Source of the DNA: Sminthopsis crassicaudata
Lineage: Eukaryota
Assembly (NCBI RefSeq): GCF_048593235.1
Contig: NC_133617.1
Coordinates: forward strand, 71,446,937-71,510,936
Direction: 5' to 3'
DNA: 64,000 nt
The stretch's first letter is position 1; the number at the start of each line of letters is the position of its first letter. Both the position numbers and the translations under genes were made by a program. Positions 52,201 to 64,000 of this stretch are shown in pieces. A model generated the notes under the pieces. It saw only the letters and a list, made by a program, of their open reading frames with translations, did not search any database and was not told the origin of the DNA.

Positions 52201-55200
52201 TCAGAGGAAGAGAACTGGGAGCAGCGGGTGGAGGCACCAGAGAAGGGCAGCTCTACGAGGAAGAAGGGGCCAGGGAATGGGAATCGTTTAAAGGCAGGAG
52301 TGGTGTAGCTTTTATTTCTGTACCCCGTGCCCCTGACGTAATAGGTGCTTAATAAGGGTTTGTTGACTGATTGGATGATGCTGGGAAATTTAGAAGCATG
52401 AGGGTTGGTTAAATGCCATGGGAATGTTCCCCAATCATTTATCAGCCATTCTGACCGGCGTGGTGACCGTCACCACTTCAAAGAACCTAGTAGAAAAGCC
52501 TGTCTGAGATGTGGGCCGGCAGTCCTGCAGAGGCCGCCGGCGTTGGGAACATTTTCAGATGTTGGCCGGGGTTGGGGGTTTCGCTTGACTGGACTTTTTT
52601 ACGACAGACTCCTCACCGCACACCCTGTGGGGTGGTGTACACTTTATTGTCCCCATTTTAAAACTGAAAAACCGAGGCTCAGAAAAGCGAGTTGGAGAGA
52701 ATAGTGCAGTGGGGGGGTGGAGGCGGCAGCCCCGAGCAGAAGCTATTAGGTGCACATCGCAAGTGAGCTGGTGACATGTTGTAATGGAAAGAGGGATGAA
52801 CTTGAGGTCAGGAGACCCCTATTTAAATCCTGCACTAGTTGTGATTCTGGGAAAGTTCTGTGACCTTCTTGAGCCCCAGTTTCCACAAAGAAAATGAGAA
52901 GTGAAGAGACTGCTCTCACACACATTGTTGTGGGCAAAGCACTTTGTTTTCCCCACAGACGAGTTATTCTTACTATGGTTTAAGTGTTTTACAGCAGAAG
53001 GAAGGAGAGACGGGTGGTCACCACGGAGGAGGGGCGGGTTCAAACCTCCTTAGGCCTTGCTCCCACCATGCACACTCTTCCCCTGGAGCCTCCCTCCTGC
53101 TCTGGCCTCCCTGATTTCGAGGTTATCTTTTCTCTGATTTTGAGGGCCTCTTCACGTTATCCCCTTATCCATATGCCGTGGGCCCTTCCACCGCCAGATA
53201 GCCCTTCTGCTGTCCAATGAGAAGACCTTCAAAGATCCTAGCTCGGCCCTCTCACTCGCTGCTGCTTCTCTCTGTTACAGGAAGCCTTGGGAGCAAGTCC
53301 CCAAAAAGCCAAAGCGGAAGAAGAGTAAGTGGGTAATGGGGCCTAAGACTTGTGATTTGTCCAGGGAATGGAGGAGCAGTAATGCTAATGAGTCGGAGGA
53401 GTGAGCCCTTATTTCTTCTATTTTTCAGCAGTGTATAGTCTTTCAGGTAGGCTCAAGAGACTGGAGGGAGCAAGGAACTCTGCTGGTGACTCCACTCAGA
53501 GCTGTTACCCTGTTCTCTCCTCTGGCCCTCCTCAGTGGCTCCGTTCTTATCCCACGGGCTAGACAGTAGTTGTGCCCTAATTGGCTAAGAAGGGCACTTG
53601 AACTTGAGTTTGGGTGATTATGGGTCCAAGTGACTGAAAGATTTGGAGAATTTCAGCTGTGACTTACCTGGAAGGAGTGTTATTTGTTTGGAGGACAGTC
53701 TTTGACTCCTGGAGGAATTGAAATTTTGGTAGCTACCCTTTCCTCTCCCTTCTCTGACCCTTTACAAGGGTGCTCCTGTTGCAGGACACTAGCTCTCAGG
53801 CCTTGACATGCTCTCTAGCAGCTGTATGATAACTGCGCTATGGGGAGGTTTGGGGCTTTAAGGATCAATTCACTGACCCAAGGAGAACAATGTGGACTTC
53901 TGCTTTTATTAATAAGCCCTGCTATCCCAGAGCCTTCTGTGAGAATAGACTAGCTCTGAGGGTTCAAGGAGACCACAGTGTTGCAGGTATACCCTTTTGG
54001 GAAAGTCCTCCCTTTTCCTCATTCCTATGCTAGTGGAATCCTAGTAGTCTGTCCTCAAGTACTGAGCAACATGCCTGCCAGGTATCGGCAAGAGGGAGTT
54101 TACTGTCCTGTACCCCACCAACACTAGAGGACCCAGACCCGTGGGGGATCACAGCCAGCCTGTCCTACCTACCTTCCTACTTTGTGTTCTTACAGATAAG
54201 GCCTCTCCCAGTGACTAGAAGGGGGGGGGGTGCTGACGTGAATAGTGGTGGCCAATTGGGACTGTCTCCCTGGGCAAGATCCGCTTCCTCTCGGGAGGAG
54301 GTGGGCAATGATCTGTGTGCTTGAATATTTCTGTTCCCCAAATCCTCACAGTAGAGAAAGGGCTTATAGACTTGCCTCTTGCAAGCTTTGTTCCATTTGC
54401 CTTTCTCCTTTCCTAGGAAGGAGGCGTAATGTGAACTGCCTAAAGAACATGGTGATCTGGTATGAGGATCACAAGAACCGCTGTCCCTATGAGCCTCACC
54501 TGGCAGAGCTGGATCCCACCTTTGGGCTTTATACCACAGCAGTATGGCAGTGTGAGGCAGGACACCGGTACTTCCAGGACCTCCACTCACCTCTGAAGCC
54601 GCTCAGTGATTCGGAGAACGAGAGTGACAGAGGTAGGGATGCCTTGAGCTGAGGGCCCTGGGACACACCTCTTTTCACTCCTCATTCTGAGGTGGCATTG
54701 GTCTCCCCCTCAAGGCACGCTGTCGCAGGGAGCTCACAGCTTATTTCTCTTTCCACCTTCCTCTTTCTGAATGAAGTTGCCTACTCCTCCTTAATTGGCA
54801 TCTCCTCTCCCCAGATAGCGTGGATCTGGAGCCTGCTGGCCCCGTGTTAGGTTCTCTAAGGGCCAAGGAGAGGGGAAAGGAGAGAATTCAGCCCCTCTTG
54901 TGTCTTTTGAGAAAAAATTCACATATGTGGTTCAGAAAGCAGTTTTGAGTGGTGTGTGATAAGGGACAGATAAGTTTTTGTGGTAAGGAGTGATCACTCA
55001 AACAGGAATGAGTCTAGCATTTGTAAGGGGATGCTTAGGAGACAAGTTTGACCCTGCTGGTTGGCACAATGGAGAGAGCCCTGGGCCTGGAGTCAGGAAG
55101 GCATGAGTTCAAACCATCCATAAAATGGGGATAATAACAAACACCTCCTCAAAGGATTGTGGTGAGAATTAAATGCTAACACTAAAGCAGTTAGCAGAGT

Positions 55201-58200
55201 GTCTGGCACGTAGTAGGTCTGAACACTAGCTATTAGAGTTACTGTGTCTGTCTGACTCAGGTTCTTAAGTGTGCTTGCTGGGAGAACGACTAGGGAGTGT
55301 GTTTGCTGGGTCATGTCTGCTTTCTAAGGGTCATGATATCCCTGCTTTTTCTTTATTTCCATAGTGGGCAATGGCTTGGGAGCTGGAAGTTCAGACTCCT
55401 CAGGCTCTCAATCTGACTCAGATTCTGATGGACGGGCCCAGACTGTGCAAGCCTCCCCGGTGCCAGCCGCACCACCTCCTCCAGCCCCCGAGGGCGGCAG
55501 CAGTGGGCTCATCACACAGGACGGCATCCACATTCCCTTTGAACACCACATGGACAACTTGACAGCGGAGCAGGGCACACCCCTGTGCCACAGCCCAACC
55601 ACCAGTGGTCCTGAGAACATGGAGACTGTGGTGTGTGTGCCTGTGCCAGTCCAGGTGGGCACAGGCCACAGTGCCTTGTTTGACAGTGTGCCCCAGGAAG
55701 CTTTGGGCGAGGTGGTGGCCAGCTGTCCTGTGCCAGGGATGGTGCCAGGCTCTCAGGTGATCATTATCGCGGGCCCTGGCTATGATGCTCTGGCAGCAGA
55801 GGGCATTCACTTGAATATGGCCAGTGGTGGTGGCAGTGGAGAAGAGGTGCCCTGTGCTGTGATTGAGGGCGTGGCCGCCTACACCCAGACTGAGCCCGAA
55901 AGCCGCCTGCCTGACCCCTGCGGCCCCTCGGAGAGTATGGCGTGTATAGAAACCAAAAAAGGTCTCTCTTTTCCCTCCTCTCAGTTCCTCTCCCCACCCT
56001 TCCTGGGCCTCCCTCAGGTCAGCCAGTTGACGCCAGGCAGAACCCTGTCCTGGGCCCCTGGGGGAGGGATCAGAGGCCAGGGAGGGCCGCACCCTGAGGA
56101 GCAGAAGGTGGGCTGCCTGCCCTCGACTGCTGCACAGCACCCATGTCCACACATGCCAGTGAAGACAAGGCAGCCTGGTGTAGTGGAAACATCCCTGGAT
56201 TTGGAGTGTCAGAGGCTCTGGGTTTGAGTCCCTCCTCTGCCAGTCACACTGCCTGTGAGATGGATCTTAGGCAAGTCAAGTCGCTTCTGGGGCTCATCTG
56301 TCAAAACCAAAGTGTTGGACTCAGTGATTTCCCAATTCCCTGCTAGCTCTGAATCATGGAAATGTAAGACAGACAAGTGGGAAAGAGGGGCCTCGGGCCA
56401 CTAGGGTGGGAACAGAGGCAAAGAGATGCTGCTCCTTGACCCTGTTGAGATGGAAGTTGTCCTGGGTGGAGAAGGGTGGGAGGAAGGAGGAGGTTGGCAT
56501 TTGGTTGCAGGTAAGTTGGGTGGCCAGTGAGCCTTTTCTGCAGACCCCGGGGCGGGGTCCCACTACAGCTTGGCTTGGCTTGGCTGAGGCCTAGTCCTTG
56601 AGTTCTTAACCCTGGTAGGGCCCACCCACAGCCACATTTGGGGGCTCTCCAAGAGGAGAGACCCTCTCAGCTTGGATTTAGTACTAATGTGTAACTTTCC
56701 CTCTTCCCAGAGAAGGAAGAACTCTATGTCCTCAAGAAGGAAGAGAAAGAGGAGATGTCTTCCCCAGAACTGGAAGAGTTAGAGACAGTGGCTGAGAACA
56801 TGGAGCCCGAGCCTGAAGAGTTAGACAGTAATGACATGTCAGCCATCATTTATGAGATTCCCAAGGAGCCTGAGAAGTGAGTGTGTGAATCACCCGTAAG
56901 TGTCTGGTCATGCAAAAAGGGGGGGGGGGCAGCCCGGGCTTCTTCTGGGCCACACTGGGTGGGGCACTGTGGTGATGGGCTATTGGCAGAAGTGATGTTT
57001 GGACATGACATGTGAGGGGCACTGGCTCTCTAGACGAGGGCTGAGACTGTGGGGACAGATTGGGACTCTTCTCTAGCCAGCAGAGCCTGGGAAAAAACAG
57101 GCCCCCAACTCATGCCCATGTACACACACACTCATGCACACATACTCTGAACCTAGGCCTATGTGTACACATACACGTGCCTCTGTCAGGGAGCTAATTG
57201 CCAGGAGGGACAGAGACTGGATTCTGGGATGCGTGGGGAGGAATGGGTAGCATGGGCTCTCCTGGGGCTTGGCTTGTGCAGTACCATCCAGGGCCCCTCA
57301 GCCTCGGGCCTGAGCAAAAGTCAGAAAAGAAGCAAAAAAGAGAACAGTGGTATCCTCTGGCTGGAGGCCTGAGCTTGGCCTGATGTGGTCTCTGCTTCCC
57401 CCACCCCCACCCCCACCCCCATCCCTGCCCTCAGGAGGCGGCGCAGCAGGCGGGGCCGAGCCACGGATGCTGATGGCCTGCTGGAGATGTTTCATTGCCC
57501 CTATGAAGGCTGTAGTCAGGTCTACGTAGCCCTGAGCAGCTTCCAGGTACGCCAGTCCTCTCCACTTCTTTTGCCTTTTGTTTAGTTAACAAACATGCAT
57601 CAAGTACTTGTGTGTGCTGAGCCCTGTGGGAGACAGAGGCTGGGAGAGACTTTTCTTTTCTATTGGGCTGGTGCCTCTGTGTCAGGACAGCCTACCTTAA
57701 GAGAGAGCTCCATCAATGAGTGTAAACTGTGAGCATTTTTTTGTTGTTGTTTTTCTTCCCAGATTATTTTTACCTTCCTTTGCAACAACAAAATTCAGTT
57801 CTGCACATATATATTGTACCTAGGATATTCTATAAGATATTTAGTATGTATGGGAATGCCTGCCATCTAGGGGACGGGGTGGAGGGAAGGAGGGGAAAAA
57901 TTTGGAACAGAAGGGAGTACAAGGGATAATGTAAAAAAAAAAAATAAAAAAAAATTGCCTATGCATATGTACTGTCAAAAAAAATGTTATAATTATAAAA
58001 TTAATTTAAAAAAAAAAGGAAAAAAAAGAGAGCTCCATCAACTAGGGAAATGGAGGAAGCCTTCTCTGTAGGTACAATGTCCGGCACAAAGACAGGGATT
58101 CAGGAAATGGGTAGCAGGAATTCAGGCAGGCAATACAGCTCATCCTACAGGCTGAGAGGTGTCACCCTGGGGATGGAGTTTGGGACAAGAAGGTGCTGAT

Positions 58201-59743
58201 CAGCTGAGAGAGTCTGGTCAGGGACCCCCCCCCCCATGTGTCTGGTGAGGCTGATGACAGCCCCTCCTCCAGTGGTGGTGCTGGGAAGGACTGTAGACAA
58301 GGGATTTGAGGCTAAATTGAGTGCTGCTCTGTATACAGGAGCTGTTATTATTAAGGGGAGATGTTTGCATTTTATCTTAAAAGTGATGAGTCCCTGAAGA
58401 TTGTTTAGCAGAAGAGTGATATGGTCAGACCTATCCTTTCAGGCCATTGAAGTATAAGAGTGAAAGACCTGGGATAGCTTTGACACTCATCAGATGATCT
58501 AGAAAGGGGAGAGGAAATCTTGAGGAGAACGTTATCCTTTAACTCTGCAGATGTGTCCTCGGGCCCTCACTGGGACTGCTCTAAGAAATCCATGGGCTAA
58601 GGACTTTGTATCTGCCCCCGTACACCTCCAGGTCCTTCTGGGGCCTTGTTTGAAGTCTCTCTCTTGTGTTCTCTCTTCTCTCCCTATGAGCTACCCGCTC
58701 TCTTGGGAATATCTTAAGGACAAGGACAAAAGTTCCTTTGGAATCATTTGGCCACAGGTTTGCATAAGATCTGTTTCTATCCTCATTTGTGGATTTTTCT
58801 ACTCCAGAATCACGTGAACCTTGTCCACCGGAAGGGGAAAACGAAAGTATGTCCTCACCCAGGTTGTGGCAAGAAGTTCTACTTATCCAATCACCTTCGA
58901 AGGCACATGATCATCCATTCAGGTTGGGCCCATGGAATTGTGGAACTAGATTTGGTTGGGATAAGGGAGCCGGAGGAACACTGGGCACACCTGGGCTCAA
59001 TCCACTTTGAGTTCTTCTTATCTCAGATTTCCCTTATCTAGAGTAATCTATCTGCAATAGCATCCAGTCCTGCACAACAAACAAGGATTTTCTTAACCAT
59101 TCCTTCAGATTTCCAGGCTGGTGGGGGGAATAAAGCTTTTTCCTCAGGGACCCTTTTGAGTTGTCATGAATGGGGGAATATGTCTTAAGAATGAATTTTT
59201 AACCTTCAGTCCCTGGGGCTTTGGGTTGTATTTCCAGGTGTCCGAGAATTTACATGTGAAACCTGTGGGAAATCCTTCAAGCGAAAAAATCACCTTGAGG
59301 TTCATCGACGGACACATACAGGAGAAACCCCTTTGCAGTGAGTGATGGCTTTCTTCCTCCCCACCCCAAAGCATCCTTCCAGGTTCTTGGCCCTGGGGAA
59401 GGTTGGGCCTTTTCCCCACTGGAGTCAGTCCTGCCTGCTGCCTTCTCCCTGTTCAGGCTCAGGGAGATTGAAGGAGTGAGGCTCCTCCTCAGGCTATAGC
59501 TGAGGCCCTTGACAGGGCAGTTGTAGCCCCAAAGCTGCTCCACCTCTGTCCCTGCTTGTCCCCAGGTGTGAGATCTGTGGTTACCAATGTCGACAGAGAG
59601 CATCCTTGAATTGGCACATGAAGAAGCACACGGCTGAGGTGCAGTACAACTTCACCTGTGAGCGCTGTGGCAAGCGCTTTGAGAAGATGGACAGCGTCAA
59701 GTTTCACAAGCTCAAGAGCCACCCTGACCACAGACCCACGTGA
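51131..59743 (+). CDS. ZNF653: Zinc finger protein 653 (ZIP67; C-terminal C2H2 fingers), about 612 aa
   Basis: join(51131-51441 including 140 N, 53281-53324, 54417-54632, 55365-55961, 56711-56876, 57435-57546, 58808-58922, 59238-59337, 59566-59743) = 1839 nt, all GT-AG. Reads MAERTPEPE...[31 protein letters not shown]2H2 fingers, ending KSHPDHRPT*. Confidence 0.97.
51282..51421. other. Assembly gap (140 N) inside ZNF653 exon 1
   Basis: Read directly from the sequence; the reading frame is preserved across it. Confidence 0.98.
57717..58027 (+). mobile_element. 5'-truncated L1 3' end in ZNF653 intron 6 (sense) with TSD
   Basis: TSD GAGAGCTCCATCAA at 57703-57716 and 58028-58041; TT|AAGA target; A-rich tail. 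Confidence 0.88.
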
Positions 59744-60111
59744 TCCTCGCTGCCCAGCCTAAGGACATTCTTATTTATTTGTTCCCACTGACCTGGGCCC
59801 TTCTCCATAAACCTGACCCCACTTCACAAAGGCTATTCTGGGAGGCTGAAGAGAGCTAGCCCCAGAAAGGGGCTGCAGACAGTAAAGGTGGACACTGAGG
59901 GCACCAGGGCAAGCCGTGAAGCAAGGAGATGGCCTCCAAGAGTGGCCCTTTGCTCTTGGATCAGGGTTCTGCTGGTTGATACAGCAGGTGTTGTAAGGAT
60001 CTTCTTGGATGTCGTGGGGCATGGGTCCACCCCCTTAAAGCTGAGATCTTTCAGCTAAGTCACTGGGCAAGAGGGCTGGACACCTGGAACAGTGTTAAGT
60101 GAGCAAAAGTG

Positions 60112-60117
60112 ATTAAA
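60112..60117 (+). terminator. ZNF653: Possible ZNF653 polyadenylation signal (ATTAAA)
   Basis: Variant hexamer about 370 nt after the stop, running into a genomic A run. Confidence 0.45.
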
Positions 60118-60989
60118 AAAAAAAAAAAAAAAAGACACCAAAACAATCCCTCTCCCCACCCCACCTCTGTATGCTCCAGAATACTTGGGAAGACTAGGCC
60201 CACCTTTACACTACCCTCCTTTGGGCCCTGAAGAGAAAAAGGAATGCCTCGAGGGCTTTCCCCATTTGTCCCTAGTCTGATGCTTTCCTCCCAGGCTCCT
60301 GCCTCAGCCCCCTGATCTCCTGTTTGCCTTCAGGGCTGAGGGTTGGCCTTTGTTTGGAGGTGGAAGGGAGGGAGGGAAGAGGAGTGCTTGCCTTCCAAAG
60401 GTAAGGTTGGGAGGGTGCTGGGGTGTGCTTTTAGGGCCTGACATTAGTTGTTCCCTCTCATGTTGTGGGGCAGGAAAGCACTTTCCTGATAGAAACTATA
60501 GGGAGAAGAGGTCTTAGGCTAAGAGAGTACATGTTGCAAGGCTCTTTTGGCTTTGGATCAGGTTGTGGCCTCAGACGTGGGAGCCCAGGATTCTGCCCCC
60601 TTCACCTGCCGTCCTCCAACTCATGCCATGGTTCCTGGTGGTTGATGGGTCAGTTCTTCAGTACACTTAAACTTTCATGAATGGGCAGCCTTAATGGAAG
60701 GGGGGGAAGTCACTCCTTTCTCCAAGATCCTGCAGCTAAAATTCGGTGTCAGTCACAATCAGTCCTTTCCCTGGGCGTGGGGCTAGAGGACTATCCTTCT
60801 AAGAACTGGGCTTGGTTGGACGGGTTTAGCAAGGGTGGGCTGTTGGCCAGTACTTAACGGATCCCCGGTACCAAGTGGTGCCATGTGCCCTTTGCAGATG
60901 AATAGATCTAAGTACCTTCAGTTGTGTCTTGGATCCCAAAGGGGCTGGGGGCAAAGCCAGTTATGGTCCGGATTCACGGCTTTTTCCAT

Positions 60990-63400
60990 GAGACTTCCGG
61001 GGAGAGGAAACTCAGTCTTCGATGGGGGTCACATCGAGTGCTAGACAAGCTGGAATCCCCACCTTTCAATTCCGGTTTGACAATTTCGCCCCTGAGGCTG
61101 ACGCTGGCCAAGTTTCACGGTTTCCCTTCGCCAGGAGGTGGCGACTGAGTTCTTCGGAAGAACGGAGCTCGTGAGCGGCTGCGCCGCCGGGAGCCCAGGC
61201 ATGTGCCTCGCCCCTCTCCTCCCTCCCTGGGCTCCCGTGACCATGATTGGCTACAATCGAAGCTGGTTGTTGGCCAGCCAGAGGCTCCCGCGCCGAAAGG
61301 GGGGCGGAGCTCTGCCTTTCCTTCCCATTCTGGCCCTTCGCCTCGAGCTTACTTTCCAGGTTTGGGGAGGGGCGGCTTGGAGCCTGTGGTTTTAGGTGAG
61401 AGTGGAGAGTATTCTCTTAGCTTAGAATACGAGCGGCAGCCTCAGACAGCGCCCCCTCCCCACCCGGGCGGCCGCAGCTGGCAAGCCGCAGTTACCATGG
61501 GAACCCCGCTTAGGCCGCATGCTTTCTAGAAGATGCTGGTGAGGAGCGCCCTGTCCTCCCGTTCCACCGCGCGCATCGCCTTCTCTCCCTGGCCCCGGGT
61601 GGACTGTCAGTTACTCCCCGCCCACGGAGGAGAGACCCGCTGGTGTGAGAGGAAACGTGCTTTCTATATTCTATTCTGACCAATAGGCGAGCCTGCGTTT
61701 AGCTCCCGGGCTCTGCCGACGCTGTTAGAAAACATTCCATTGGTTTCCTTTTTCCTCAGCGAGGCTGGCGTGGAGATTTTACTGGCTGTGGGTGGGTGGA
61801 TCCGAACAAACCACCGAGAGAATCAGCGCTGGGGGAAAAAGGGGGGGGGCAGCAAAGCCCATAGCGTCCCTTCCCCCAGTCCCTGGCAGCTCGGGAGAAC
61901 AATGCATTCAGCCGCTCCAGGAGCGGAGGGCAGGTGTCGTTTTCAGCTAGTCCCCCTCCCCCATGGCCCCGCCAATCTGAGCACTTGTTCCAGACGGGCA
62001 TTCTTTCACCCCGCAGCTCGGAGCTCACGTCGAGGTATTCCTACGTAGCCTTCTAATTGCTTCTCTTACAAGTCCAGGCGACTGGCCTTTGTATAAATCC
62101 CCCGACTGCGCCCCCTGTTGCCCAGTTCATGATTGGCTAGCTCTGGGTCCTTCGACGGGAACAATTTGTTTCTTCGTGACTTTCCCTCATGGGGTGACTT
62201 TCGATTCTTTCGGTGGATCCGACACCCGTAGTGTGGAGTGAAGCTGATTTGTGACATTTGAACCACAGGGCAAGAATAGGGCATGACAGGCCTTGTCCCT
62301 CTGCTTTTTAGTCTCCGTTCCGACCTCGGACTCTGAGGTAACGGGACAGGCAGGATGGGGGGGAAGGGAGGACTTTCTGCGGGAATCCACACGAGCCGTC
62401 GTGCCGCGCTGTCTATGGTGCTGAAGCTAGCAAAATGGGATGGTCACCTCCGGGAAAGGAACCTTCTATCTCAGTCAAATTGGGGTGGGTTAGAGAGAGG
62501 CGCACAAACATTCAGAGACTGGGAACGCGAAACAAAGGCTCCGGGGGCGGGATGAGGGATGGAGAGGAATGGAGGCAGCTGCTGCTGCATTTTCTCTCCT
62601 CCGAGCCGGACGGGTTCCTATTGTTTGGGTCCCAGAGGCCTGAGGCTATATGGAAAGGGGGAGGGTGGCGTCTTAGCCCGTCACTAATCTCAGCCGGAAG
62701 TTTGTCTGAACGAGTGCATTCTGCACACGGATGTGAACACGTGCTTGTGTATGTGCTGTGCGGCGCAAGCATGTGTGTGTGTGTCTAAGCATGTGTGCGT
62801 CTTTCCGTGAGCGTGTGGACGTACTCTGGACATGCGTGAACTCATACACTTATCTAGACATTTGAGGACGTATACATGCACGAAAAGCTCGGCTCGGCTC
62901 CGTTAGGAGTGGCCTTGGGTTCCCCTGGGCCTGAGAGTATGACGGTGCTTCACCCTGCCAATTAGAAACCGGGAACCTCTGTTCATTTTTATGTAGGATC
63001 CTCCCACTCTAAGTTTGTAGGGAGGGGGGAATCCACGTGGTTCTTAGGCTTTCTGGGCCTCGAGTTGTGATTGGCTAAGCCTTGATTTCCCCCCTCTCTT
63101 CCCACCCCCCACCCAGAGGCCTAGGGTTGCCCCTGAGACTCAGTGTAAGTCTGGCTGAAGAGGCTGTTCTGTGTCCCGCTCCCTTTCCGCGCGAGCCAGG
63201 TTCTGTCACTCCGCCCTTTCTTCAGGCTAGAGGATCTCCAAGCGACCTTTTGCGCTAAGTTTGAGTTACTGGGGACTTTTCCTTCGGAATCGCTCAGTAC
63301 TTCTTCCTAGCTTCTGTAGTCCTCAGTGTACCCGAAGGGGTGCGCTACAGCACAAACCACAACCTGCCCCACCTTGCCAGGGAGCTTCGGGGTCAGGGCT
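60990..63400. promoter_or_regulatory. CpG- and CCAAT-rich regulatory region, probably upstream of ELAVL3 (HuC)
   Basis: CpG-rich; CCAAT/ATTGG at 61246, 61680, 62132 and 63070. Conserved synteny puts ELAVL3 next on this strand; no ELAVL3 coding exon was found. Confidence 0.6.
62405..62425 (-). promoter_or_regulatory. RE1/NRSE (REST-binding) element
   Basis: The minus strand reads TTCAGCACCATAGACAGCGCG versus consensus TTCAGCACCACGGACAGCGCC (18/21, canonical spacing). Confidence 0.75.
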
Positions 63401-64000
63401 CCAGGGCTGATGAACACATCTCGTTTTCCCTCTTTCTACGGGATCCAGATGCCTATGTCCTCTTTCTTAGACAGTGTCACCACTCCTGATTCCTCTTTAA
63501 GAGCATAGAATGCGGAATTTGGAAGAAGGTAACATTGGAAAGACATCAGGTGGGCCTCTACCTATCCTTTTGTCTCGAGAATGACGTTTTCTCTATGCAC
63601 TGTTTTGTACCAAGAATAATTTGACTTTCTCGGACTCCTCCGTCACGGTGTACAACACTTCCAAAAGAGCCTGGACACAGAAGTGGAGACAGAGGAATTA
63701 GAATGTAAGCTCCTTCAAGGCACACGCTTTATACCCCCCCCTCCAAATCCTTATATATGATGCTAACAAATATTTATAGAATTGAAGAGTGGAGCAGAGA
63801 AGCAGAAAAGCAAAAGAATACAGAGCCAAACATAGGAGACTGGGTAGTCTTTCCTAAACGTGTCATAGAAGAGGATTTTCCCTTTCCCAGGACTTGGTCA
63901 CTGCTCCTAGCGATCATTATGCCCTTATGAGGGAATGGTCCTTGTTTCACACCCGTCCCCAGACCCAGTCAGCGTTCATTCTTCCACCCCATATCTGAAG

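Noticed and set aside
55962-56227. Extension of ORF 55364-56227 beyond ETKK
   Set aside because: Read-through into intron 4; similarity to ZNF653 stops at the donor and resumes at 56711.
60112-60133. A run after ATTAAA as a retrocopy poly(A) tail
   Set aside because: No TSD or upstream retroposon body; a simple genomic A tract.
61430-61453. Second RE1-like site (CAGCCTCAGACAGCGCC)
   Set aside because: Only the right half matches; the left half and spacing do not.
62440-62448. ATGGTCACC as ELAVL3 exon 1 (MVT)
   Set aside because: It is not followed by the GT donor expected after these three codons; exon 1 probably lies beyond the window.

Overview
Mammalian genomic DNA, almost certainly marsupial (inferred from WSINE1-like tRNA SINEs, marsupial-type L1 3' ends and CAA-tailed SINEs). 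It is syntenic with human 19p13.2. Gene order on this strand: ACP5 (+, last two coding exons only), ELOF1 (+, complete), CNN1 (-, complete), ECSIT (+, complete), ZNF653 (+, complete except an N gap in exon 1), then a CpG/CCAAT-rich region with an RE1/REST motif that probably lies upstream of ELAVL3 (its coding exon was not found). Exons were mapped by hand from GT-AG sites and frame continuity; comparisons with human proteins are from recall, not database searches. Best leads: (1) a 1-nt frameshift in ACP5 and a probable +1 G frameshift giving ECSIT a long tail, both in G runs and possibly assembly errors; (2) a ~42-bp x ~18 minisatellite filling CNN1 intron 3 and made of decoy 3' splice sites; (3) an orphan CpG/dual-CCAAT/CTCF element at 34.4-34.8 kb and a spliced-3'-end-like segment at 40.7-41.15 kb, perhaps an unannotated transcript; (4) an L1 ORF1 remnant absorbed into the ELOF1 CpG island; (5) a 107-bp direct repeat around an L1, and several retroposon insertions with clean TSDs. 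I found no convincing novel multi-gene system.
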